The notes beneath the pieces were generated by a model, which searched no databases, was not told where the DNA came from, and saw only the letters and a list, made by a program, of their open reading frames with translations. Made by a program: the position numbers and the translations under genes. A stretch of 63,121 nucleotides of DNA, counting the filler, from Nemertoderma westbladi (lineage: Eukaryota; Animalia; Xenacoelomorpha), in NCBI GenBank assembly GCA_032718475.1. It is 3 parts of 3 records of this genome, joined end to end, with 100 filler letters (N's around TTAATTAATTAA, not from the genome) between each part and the next. Parts side by side here need not be neighbours in the genome. Positions count along the whole stretch, not along the records: positions 28,326 to 57,795 come from JAUCBJ010007121.1; 2 more parts are not named here. One strand, 5' to 3'. Positions 45,875 to 57,895 of the stretch are shown here, piece by piece. Within the stretch, counting starts at the first letter, position 1. Every line of letters starts with the position of its first letter.

Positions 45875-48251
45875 ATGACTCAGTTGATAGAAGATGATGT
45901 TGGTATCAGGGAGCGATATACCCTACCACTGCAAGCGTTTGTTGATAGTTTGATAAGCGGCGACGCGAGTCAACACACGACGGAAGACGATGGCCGTTAT
46001 ATCGAACCGCCAATGTCAAAGGAACAGCTCAAGCGTGAATTGGACTATAGAAAATTCACTGCTCGCTATACGCATCGTAATGGTACGTATATGGACTTCT
46101 TAACTACTGGTCATCCTATCGATTTACACAACACGGACGATGTAGACACTGAAAATGATTCTACTTAAATATCATGCCCAGCGGAGTCGGAATGATCAAC
46201 TGAGAATTGAAGATGAAAATTCTATTCGAAACTGACTCGAAAGAGAAGATGTTGAAGAACCGGATATACGTAGTGACTTCAACGAATATTTAGAATTCTT
46301 GAGAGAAACTTATCTAAATGTAGCTAGTCAACAAAATCTAGAAACTCGATATCCTCAAGGTATACATCATAACCCTATGGTAGAACTCAAACGACTCTAT
46401 TTTACTATGATGTATCTTACCGCCGATCGACCGCTACCTGTTGTACCGGATAGCTTCGAACAGATGGAGGAATATTGTAAAACTGGAAGAAAGATCACCA
46501 GCGTTTCCCTTACAAGACGTGCGTCTTTGGTATTACTGCGATGAATGCCCTAGACCTAATCAACAAACGGAAAGACATAAACATCCACGGAGACGTTGCA
46601 CTAAACACAGTTTTACTCGCTATACTTACGGGATATTTGAGCGTAACTTGTTCGACGTATCACCTACGCTCGCTCGACTCAAACGATCCTTAAATAAACC
46701 TATGATCAGAGTTCTGGAATACTCAGTCAGACCTCCTCATTCCCTGGTGCGACCTCAGACTCTTGATCCTAATAGTATGACGGATCCTCCTGAGTTGTAC
46801 TCATTGTTCAAAGATCTAGTGTTACCCGAACAATTAGTTGGTGGCACTCCGGTTGTGGGCTCTCTAGATATTTGCCCATCCTACCTAGCCGGATTGGGAC
46901 GCGGACATCTAATATCTCCATTCAACCCATATAATCGTCCCGGTTTAACTCCGATACAACCTGTCACCGAGGTGGAGGAAAGCATTGTACGAAATGCGCT
47001 AGACGCTATTCGGCTAAAGATCGGAAAAGGAACCGTTGCAACGTAAATTGCAACAACAAGTCCAAGCGGTAAAAGAATTAGCTTTACCCCAGTTTGATCG
47101 TGAAATCCTGAATCTTGAGGAAGATATCGAACTTGGACTTACATACTCTCTACAAGAGTTCTTGGATGAACGCTTCCAACAACAAGCGGAGGAGAATCAG
47201 CTCGAGGAGAAACATATCGAAATGGATGAAAGAGAAGAAGCAGCTTTAGCCCAACCGGAAGCTCAAATCCTTATGACTGATCTCTATTCCAAAGCCATCA
47301 TTCATCCTTCGATGGTTCCCCATTTCGGAGATAAACTCTTCGCCACCGCACAACCCCAACCGATTGATATCAAATTAAGATCTAGAGATCTTATCGCTGA
47401 CGCTCCTATGTTACAACGTCTGCCAATCGAGGCTGCTCGTGTCGACGGTATACTCGTTGAACCTCCGGACAATCGAGCGGATCTTGTCCGTCATATGGTA
47501 CACAAGGTCAACCTACACACTAGACCTTTACCGAACTCATTTTACGGGATCAAAGATCACCCCTATTATGTCCATTTAACTCAATAATATATGGTGAAAC
47601 TGGAAGATCCTACACACAGTTTAAAGTTTCTACCATTGATAAATCCCCTCGATCTTGTTGAACTCGAACAACTACAGAAACATTTAGATCAATTGGTTAA
47701 AGTAAACTCATTCAGAAAACCTTATAATGTTTCAAGAATAGAAAAGGACATAATACCTCCGTACAATCTCGATGGACTCATTAAAACTCGATTAGTCCAT
47801 TGGAATCTCGATGTATTGTTCAAGGAATAAAGAATATGTTGATTTGTTCATAAACTCACATCCTGAGTTACAAAAAGTTCATAGGCGACCATATGAATAT
47901 AAAGCCAGAGAACGCGAATTAGAGAGAACAATCCAACCGAGGAAATTTCTTACTACACACGGTCAACCAACCGCTGTCGTGCAAAAGACCCATCAAGGAC
48001 CAGTAAGAGCTGCCGTCCTGAAGCGAGCTCTAAACGTTGTTCGCCCTTGTTCCACCGATGTTGATATCGATCAACCGGGTACCTCAACTGGCGGATACAC
48101 CGACCGTAATCCAAAACCTTCTGATGCAATCGTATTGCACCCTTCCCCCAGGAGTTATAGCCCTCCTAGTAAAGTGGCTCGCCCCAAAGAGAGAAAGACT
48201 CTTACTAGTCTCAAAAAACTTCGTAAACGCCGTTCACGAAAGAAGGACTGA
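45875..48251 (+). pseudogene. Accessory ORF of unknown family downstream of BEL pol (about 790 codons if joined; CxxC..C..H motif, acidic coiled coil, basic NLS-like C-terminus)
   Basis: Chain of overlapping plus-strand ORF segments, each +1 relative to the previous. No signal peptide or TM, so not env-like. Followed by a PPT-like GGGAGTGG and TG. Confidence 0.55.
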
Positions 48252-51200
48252 TAGTTTAGAGTATTTTTGTATTTTAGAAACTGTGATTTTTTATATTTTA
48301 TAGACTTAAATCCCATTTTCTGGGAGTGGTGTAAAAGCTTTTGCGGACATAACAGATGGAGGAATATTGTAAAACTGGAAGAAAGATCACCAGCGTTTCC
48401 CTTACAAGACGTGCGTCTTTGGTATTACTGCGATGAATGCCCTAGACCTAATCAACAAACGGAAAGACATAAACATCCACAGAGACGTTACACTAAACAC
48501 AGTTTTACTCGCTATACTTACGGGAGTTTTGAGCGTAACTTGTTCGACGTATCACCTACGCTCGCTCGACTCAAACGATCCTTAAATAAACCTATGATCA
48601 GAGTTCTGGAATACTCAGTCAGACCTCCTCATTCCCTGGTGCGACCTCAGACTCTTGATCCTAATAGTATGACGGATCCTCCTGAGTTGTACTCATTGTT
48701 CAAAGATCTAGTGTTACCCGAACAATTAGTTGGTGGCACTCCGGTTGTGGGCTCTCTAGATATTCGCCTATCCTACCTAGCCGGATTGGGACGCGGACAT
48801 CTAATATCTCCATTCAACCCGTATAATCGTCCCGGTTTAACTCCGATACAACCTGTCACCGAGGTGGAGGAAAGCATTGTACGAAATGCGCTAGACGCTA
48901 TTCGGCTAAAGATCGGAAAAGGAACCGTTGCAACGTAAATTGCAACAACAAGTCCAAGCGGTAAAAGAATTAGCTTTACCCCAGTTTGATCGTGAAATCC
49001 TGAATCTTGAGGAAGATATCGAACTTGGACTTACATACTCTCTACAAGAGTTCTTGGATGAACGCTTCCAACAACAAGCAGAGGAGAATCAGCTCGAGGA
49101 GAAACATATCGAAATGGATGAGAGAGAAGAAGCAGCTTTAGCCCAACCGGAAGCTCAAATCCTTATGACTGATCTCTATTCCAAAGCCATCATTCATCCT
49201 TCGATGGTTCCCCATTTCGGAGATAAACTCTTCGCCACCGCACAACCCCAACCGATTGATATCAAATTAAGATCTAGAGATCTTATCGCTGACGCTCCTA
49301 TGTTACAACGTCTGCCAATCGAGGCTGCTCGTGTCGACGGTATACTCGTTGAACCTCCGGACAATCGAGCGGATCTTGTCCGTCATATGGTACACGAGGT
49401 CAACCTACACACTAGACCTTTACCGAACTCATTTTACGGGATCAAAGATCACCCCTATTATGTCCATTTAACTCAATATTATATGGTAAAACTGGAAGAT
49501 CCTACACACAGTTTAAAGTTTCTACCATTGATAAATCCCCTCGATCTTGTTGAACTCGAACAACTACAGAAACATTTAGATCAATTGGTTAAAGTAAACT
49601 CATTCAGAAAACCTTATAATGTTTCAAGAATAGAAAAGGACATAATACCTCCGTACAATCTCGATGGACTCATTAAAACTCGATTAGTCCATTGGAATCT
49701 CGATGTATTGTTCAAGGAATAAAGAATATGTTGACTTGTTCATAAACTCACATCCTGAGTTACAAAAAGTTCATAGGCGACCATATGAATATAAAGCCAG
49801 AGAACGCGAATTAGAGAGAACAATCAAACCGAGGAAATTTCTTACTACACACGGTCAACCAACCGCTGTTGTGCAAAAGACCCATCAAGGACCAGTAAGA
49901 GCTGCCGTCCTGAAGCGAGCTCTAAAGGTTGTTCGCCCTTGTTCCACCGATGTTGATATCGATCAACCGGGTACCTCGACTGGCGGATACACCGACCGTA
50001 ATCCAAAACCTTCTGATGCAATCGTATTGCACCCTTCCCCCAGGAGTTATAGCCCTCCTAGTAAAGTTGCTCGCCCCAAAGAGAGAAAGACTCTTACTAG
50101 TCTCAAAAAACTTCGTAAACGCCGTTCACGAAAGAAGGACTGATAGTTTAGAGTATTTTTGTATTTTAGAAACTGTGATTTTTTATATTTTATAGACTTA
50201 AATCCCATTTTCTGGGAGTGGTGTAAAAGCTTTTGCGGACATAACAGATGGAGGAATATTGTAAAACTGGAAGAAAGATCACCAGCGTTTCCCTTACAAG
50301 ACGTGCGTCTTTGGTATTACTGCGATGAATGCCCTAGACCTAATCAATAAACGGAAAGACATAAACATCCACAGAGACGTTACACTAAACACAGTTTTAC
50401 TCGCTATACTTACGGGAGTTTTGAGCGTAACTTGTTCGACGTATCACCTACGCTCGCTCGACTCAAACGATCCTTAAATAAACCTATGATCAGAGTTCTG
50501 GAATACTCAGTCAGACCTCCTCATTCCCTGGTGCGACCTCAGACTCTTGATCCTAATAGTATGACGGATCCTCCTGAGTTGTACTCATTGTTCAAAGATC
50601 TAGTGTTACCCGAACAATTAGTTGGTGGCACTCCGGTTGTGGGCTCTCTAGATATTCGCCTATCCTACCTAGCCGGATTGGGACGCGGACATCTAATATC
50701 TCCATTCAACCCGTATAATCGTCCCGGTTTAACTCCGATACAACCTGTCACCGAGGTGGAGGAAAGCATTGTACGAAATGCACTAGACGCTATTCGGCTA
50801 AAGATCGGAAAAGGAACCGTTGCAATGTAAATTGCAACAACAAGTCCAAGCGGTAAAAGAATTAGCTTTACCCCAGTTTGATCGTGAAATCATGAATCTT
50901 GAGGAAGATATCGAACTTGGACTTACATACTCTCTACAAGAGTTCTTGGATGAACGCTTCCAACAACAAGCGGAGGAGAATCAGCTCGAGGAGAAACATA
51001 TCGAAATGGATGAGAGAGAAGAAGCAGCTTTAGCCCAACCGGAAGCTCAAATCCTTATGACTGATCTCTATTCCAAAGCCATCATTCATCCTTCGATGGT
51101 TCCCCATTTCGGAGATAAACTCTTCGCCACCGCACAACCCCAACCGATTGATATCAAATTAAGATCTAGAGATCTTATCGCTGACGCTCCTATGTTACAA

Positions 51201-54200
51201 CATCTGCCAATCGAGGCTGCTCGTGTCGACGGTATACTCGTTGAACCTCCGGACAATCGAGCGGATCTTGTCCGTCATATGGTACACGAGGTCAACCTAC
51301 ACACTAGACCTTTACCGAACTCATTTTACGGGATCAAAGATCACCCCTATTATGTCCATTTAACTCAATATTATATGGTGAAACTGGAAGATCCTACACA
51401 CAGTTTAAAGTTTCTACCATTGATAAATCCCCTCGATATTGTTGAACTCGAACAACTACAGAAACATTTAGATCAATTGGTTAAAGTAAACTCATTCAGA
51501 AAACCTTATAATGTTTCAAGAATAGAAAAGGACATAATACCTCCGTACAATCTCGATGGACTCATTAAAACTCGATTAGTCCATTGGAATCTCGATGTAT
51601 TGTTCAAGGAATAAAGAATATGTTGACTTGTTCATAAACTCACATCCTGAGTTACAAAAAGTTCATAGGCGACCATATGAATATAAAGCCAGAGAACGCG
51701 AATTAGAGAGAACAATCCAACCGAGGAAATTTCTTACTACACACGGTCAACCAACCGCTGTCGTGCAAAAGACCCATCAAGGACCAGTAAGAGCTGCCGT
51801 CCTGAAGCGAGCTCTAAACGTTGTTCGCCCTTGTTCCACCGATGTTGATATCGATCAACCGGGTACCTCAACTGGCGGATACACCGACCGTAATCCAAAA
51901 CCTTCTGATGCAATCGTATTGCACCCTTCCCCCAGGAGTTATAGCCCTCCTAGTAAAGTGGCTCGCCCCAAAGAGAGAAAGACTCTTACTAGTCTCAAAA
52001 AACTTCGTAAACGCCGTTCACGAAAGAAGGACTGATAGTTTAGAGTATTTTTGTATTTTAGAAACTGTGATTTTTTATATTTTATAGACTTAAATCCCAT
52101 TTTCTGGGAGTGGTGTAAAAGCTTTTGCGGACATAACAGATGGAGGAATATTGTAAAACTGGAAGAAAGATCACCAGCGTTTCCCTTACAAGACGTGCGT
52201 CTTTGGTATTACTGCGATGAATGCCCTAGACCTAATCAACAAACGGAAAGACATAAACATCCACAGAGACGTTACACTAAACACAGTTTTACTCGCTATA
52301 CTTACGGGAGTTTTGAGCGTAACTTGTTCGACGTATCACCTACGCTCGCTCGACTCAAACGATCCTTAAATAAACCTATGATCAGAGTTCTGGAATACTC
52401 AGTCAGACCTCCTCATTCCCTGGTGCGACCTCAGACTCTTGATCCTAATAGTATGACGGATCCTCCTGAGTTGTACTCATTGTTCAAAGATCTAGTGTTA
52501 CCCGAACAATTAGTTGGTGGCACTCCGGTTGTGGGCTCTCTAGATATTCGCCTATCCTACCTAGCCGGATTGGGACGCGGACATCTAATATCTCCATTCA
52601 ACCCGTATAATCGTCCCGGTTTAACTCCGATACAACCTGTCACCGAGGTGGAGGAAAGCATTGTACGAAATGCGCTAGACGCTATTCGGCTAAAGATCGG
52701 AAAAGGAACCGTTGCAACGTAAATTGCAACAACAAGTCCAAGCGGTAAAAGAATTAGCTTTACCCCAGTTTGATCGTGAAATCCTGAATCTTGAGGAAGA
52801 TATCGAACTTGGACTTACATACTCTCTACAAGAGTTCTTGGATGAACGCTTCCAACAACAAGCAGAGGAGAATCAGCTCGAGGAGAAACATATCGAAATG
52901 GATGAGAGAGAAGAAGCAGCTTTAGCCCAACCGGAAGCTCAAATCCTTATGACTGATCTCTATTCCAAAGCCATCATTCATCCTTCGATGGTTCCCCATT
53001 TCGGAGATAAACTCTTCGCCACCGCACAACCCCAACCGATTGATATCAAATTAAGATCTAGAGATCTTATCGCTGACGCTCCTATGTTACAACGTCTGCC
53101 AATCGAGGCTGCTCGTGTCGACGGTATACTCGTTGAACCTCCGGACAATCGAGCGGATCTTGTCCGTCATATGGTACACGAGGTCAACCTACACACTAGA
53201 CCTTTACCGAACTCATTTTACGGGATCAAAGATCACCCCTATTATGTCCATTTAACTCAATATTATATGGTAAAACTGGAAGATCCTACACACAGTTTAA
53301 AGTTTCTACCATTGATAAATCCCCTCGATCTTGTTGAACTCGAACAACTACAGAAACATTTAGATCAATTGGTTAAAGTAAACTCATTCAGAAAACCTTA
53401 TAATGTTTCAAGAATAGAAAAGGACATAATACCTCCGTACAATCTCGATGGACTCATTAAAACTCGATTAGTCCATTGGAATCTCGATGTATTGTTCAAG
53501 GAATAAAGAATATGTTGACTTGTTCATAAACTCACATCCTGAGTTACAAAAAGTTCATAGGCGACCATATGAATATAAAGCCAGAGAACGCGAATTAGAG
53601 AGAACAATCAAACCGAGGAAATTTCTTACTACACACGGTCAACCAACCGCTGTCGTGCAAAAGACCCATCAAGGACCAGTAAGAGCTGCCGTCCTGAAGC
53701 GAGCTCTAAAGGTTGTTCGCCCTTGTTCCACCGATGTTGATATCGATCAACCGGGTACCTCGACTGGCGGATACACCGACCGTAATCCAAAACCTTCTGA
53801 TGCAATCGTATTGCACCCTTCCCCCAGGAGTTATAGCCCTCCTAGTAAAGTTGCTCGCCCCAAAGAGAGAAAGACTCTTACTAGTCTCAAAAAACTTCGT
53901 AAACGCCGTTCACGAAAGAAGGACTGATAGTTTAGAGTATTTTTGTATTTTAGAAACTGTGATTTTTTATATTTTATAGACTTAAATCCCATTTTCTGGG
54001 AGTGGTGTAAAAGCTTTTGCGGACATAACAGATGGAGGAATATTGTAAAACTGGAAGAAAGATCACCAGCGTTTCCCTTACAAGACGTGCGTCTTTGGTA
54101 TTACTGCGATGAATGCCCTAGACCTAATCAATAAACGGAAAGACATAAACATCCACAGAGACGTTACACTAAACACAGTTTTACTCGCTATACTTACGGG

Positions 54201-57200
54201 AGTTTTGAGCGTAACTTGTTCGACGTATCACCTACGCTCGCTCGACTCAAACGATCCTTAAATAAACCTATGATCAGAGTTCTGGAATACTCAGTCAGAC
54301 CTCCTCATTCCCTGGTGCGACCTCAGACTCTTGATCCTAATAGTATGACGGATCCTCCTGAGTTGTACTCATTGTTCAAAGATCTAGTGTTACCCGAACA
54401 ATTAGTTGGTGGCACTCCGGTTGTGGGCTCTCTAGATATTCGCCTATCCTACCTAGCCGGATTGGGACGCGGACATCTAATATCTCCATTCAACCCGTAT
54501 AATCGTCCCGGTTTAACTCCGATACAACCTGTCACCGAGGTGGAGGAAAGCATTGTACGAAATGCACTAGACGCTATTCGGCTAAAGATCGGAAAAGGAA
54601 CCGTTGCAATGTAAATTGCAACAACAAGTCCAAGCGGTAAAAGAATTAGCTTTACCCCAGTTTGATCGTGAAATCATGAATCTTGAGGAAGATATCGAAC
54701 TTGGACTTACATACTCTCTACAAGAGTTCTTGGATGAACGCTTCCAACAACAAGCGGAGGAGAATCAGCTCGAGGAGAAACATATCGAAATGGATGAGAG
54801 AGAAGAAGCAGCTTTAGCCCAACCGGAAGCTCAAATCCTTATGACTGATCTCTATTCCAAAGCCATCATTCATCCTTCGATGGTTCCCCATTTCGGAGAT
54901 AAACTCTTCGCCACCGCACAACCCCAACCGATTGATATCAAATTAAGATCTAGAGATCTTATCGCTGACGCTCCTATGTTACAACATCTGCCAATCGAGG
55001 CTGCTCGTGTCGACGGTATACTCGTTGAACCTCCGGACAATCGAGCGGATCTTGTCCGTCATATGGTACACGAGGTCAACCTACACACTAGACCTTTACC
55101 GAACTCATTTTACGGGATCAAAGATCACCCCTATTATGTCCATTTAACTCAATATTATATGGTGAAACTGGAAGATCCTACACACAGTTTAAAGTTTCTA
55201 CCATTGATAAATCCCCTCGATATTGTTGAACTCGAACAACTACAGAAACATTTAGATCAATTGGTTAAAGTAAACTCATTCAGAAAACCTTATAATGTTT
55301 CAAGAATAGAAAAGGACATAATACCTCCGTACAATCTCGATGGACTCATTAAAACTCGATTAGTCCATTGGAATCTCGATGTATTGTTCAAGGAATAAAG
55401 AATATGTTGACTTGTTCATAAACTCACATCCTGAGTTACAAAAAGTTCATAGGCGACCATATGAATATAAAGCCAGAGAACGCGAATTAGAGAGAACAAT
55501 CAAACCGAGGAAATTTCTTACTACACACGGTCAACCAACCGCTGTCGTGCAAAAGACCCATCAAGGACCAGTAAGAGCTGCCGTCCTGAAGCGAGCTCTA
55601 AAGGTTGTTTGCCCTTGTTCCACCGATGTTGATATCGATCAACCGGGTACCTCGACTGGCAGATACACCGACCGTAATCCAAAACCTTCTGATGCAATCG
55701 TATTGCACCCTTCCCCCAGGAGTTATAGCCCTCCTAGTAAAGTTGCTCGCCCCAAAGAGAGAAAGACTCTTACTAGTCTCAAAAAACTTCGTAAACGCCG
55801 TTCACGAAAGAAGGACTGATAGTTTAGAGTATTTTTGTATTTTAGAAACTGTGATTTTTTATATTTTATAGACTTAAATCCCATTTTCTGGGAGTGGTGT
55901 AAAAGCTTTTGCGGACATAACAGATGGAGGAATATTGTAAAACTGGAAGAAAGATCACCAGCGTTTCCCTTACAAGACGTGCGTCTTTGGTATTACTGCG
56001 ATGAATGCCCTAGACCTAATCAATAAACGGAAAGACATAAACATCCACAGAGACGTTACACTAAACACAGTTTTACTCGCTATACTTACGGGAGTTTTGA
56101 GCGTAACTTGTTCGACGTATCACCTACGCTCGCTCGACTCAAACGATCCTTAAATAAACCTATGATCAGAGTTCTGGAATACTCAGTCAGACCTCCTCAT
56201 TCCCTGGTGCGACCTCAGACTCTTGATCCTAATAGTATGACGGATCCTCCTGAGTTGTACTCATTGTTCAAAGATCTAGTGTTACCCGAACAATTAGTTG
56301 GTGGCACTCCGGTTGTGGGCTCTCTAGATATTCGCCTATCCTACCTAGCCGGATTGGGACGCGGACATCTAATATCTCCATTCAACCCGTATAATCGTCC
56401 CGGTTTAACTCCGATACAACCTGTCACCGAGGTGGAGGAAAGCATTGTACGAAATGCGCTAGACGCTATTCGGCTAAAGATCGGAAAAGGAACCGTTGCA
56501 ACGTAAATTGCAACAACAAGTCCAAGCGGTAAAAGAATTAGCTTTACCCCAGTTTGATCGTGAAATCCTGAATCTTGAGGAAGATATCGAACTTGGACTT
56601 ACATACTCTCTACAAGAGTTCTTGGATGAACGCTTCCAACAACAAGCGGAGGAGAATCAGCTCGAGGAGAAACATATCGAAATGGATGAGAGAGAAGAAG
56701 CAGCTTTAGCCCAACCGGAAGCTCAAATCCTTATGACTGATCTCTATTCCAAAGCCATCATTCATCCTTCGATGGTTCCCCATTTCGGAGATAAACTCTT
56801 CGCCACCGCACAACCCCAACCGATTGATATCAAATTAAGATCTAGAGATCTTATCGCTGACGCTCCTATGTTACAACGTCTGCCAATCGGTGCTGCTCGT
56901 GTCGACGGTATACTCGTTGAAGCTCCGGACAATCGAGCGGATCTTGTCCGTCATATGGTACACGAGGTCAACCTACACACTAGACCTTTACCGAACTCAT
57001 TTTACGGGATCAAAGATCACCCCTATTATGTCCATTTAACTCAATGTTATATGGTGAAACTGGAAGATCCTACACACAGTTTAAAGTTTCTACCATTGAT
57101 AAATCCCCTCGATCTTGTTGAACTCGAACAACTACAGAAACATTTAGATCAATTGGTTGAAGTAAACTCATTCAGAAAACCTTATAATGTTTCAAGAATA

Positions 57201-57795
57201 GAAAAGGACATAATACCTCCGTACAATCTCGATGGACTCATTAAAACTCGATTAGTCCATTGGAATCTCGATGTATTGTTCAAGGAATAAAGAATATGTT
57301 GACTTGTTCATAAACTCACATCCTGAGTTACAAAAAGTTCATAGGCGACCATATGAATATAAAGCCAGAGAACGCGAATTAGAGAGAACAATCAAACCGA
57401 GGAAATTTCTTACTACACACGGTCAACCAACCGCTGTCGTGCAAAAGACCCATCAAGGACCAGTAAGAGCTGCCGTCCTGAAGCGAGCTCTAAAGGTTGT
57501 TCGCCCTTGTTCCACCGATGTTGATATCGATCAACCGGGTACCTCGACTGGCGGATACACCGACCGTAATCCAAAACCTTCTGATGCAATCGTATTGCAC
57601 CCTTCCCCCAGGAGTTATAGCCCTCCTAGTAAAGTTGCTCGCCCCAAAGAGAGAAAGACTCTTACTAGTCTCAAAAAACTTCGTAAACGCCGTTCACGAA
57701 AGAAGGACTGATAGTTTAGAGTATTTTTGTATTTTAGAAACTGTGATTTTTTATATTTTATAGACTTAAATCCCATTTTCTGGGAGTGGTGTAAA
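46459..57795 (+). repeat. Tandem array of six 1892-bp units (3' accessory ORF + PPT + LTR-start stub), running into a gap
   Basis: Units start at 46459, 48351, 50243, 52135, 54027 and 55919 (AACAGATGGAGG); copies differ only by scattered substitutions. Confidence 0.97.
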
Positions 57796-57895
57796 NNNNN
57801 NNNNNNNNNNNNNNNNNNNNNNNNNNNNNNNNNNNNNNNTTAATTAATTAANNNNNNNNNNNNNNNNNNNNNNNNNNNNNNNNNNNNNNNNNNNN
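57796..57895. other. Assembly gap with artificial TTAATTAATTAA spacer
   Basis: 100-bp N run with linker. Confidence 0.97.

Noticed and set aside
45875-48251. env gene or endogenous virus
   Set aside because: No signal peptide, TM anchor, Cys-rich fusion ectodomain or viral replicase/capsid motif recognised.
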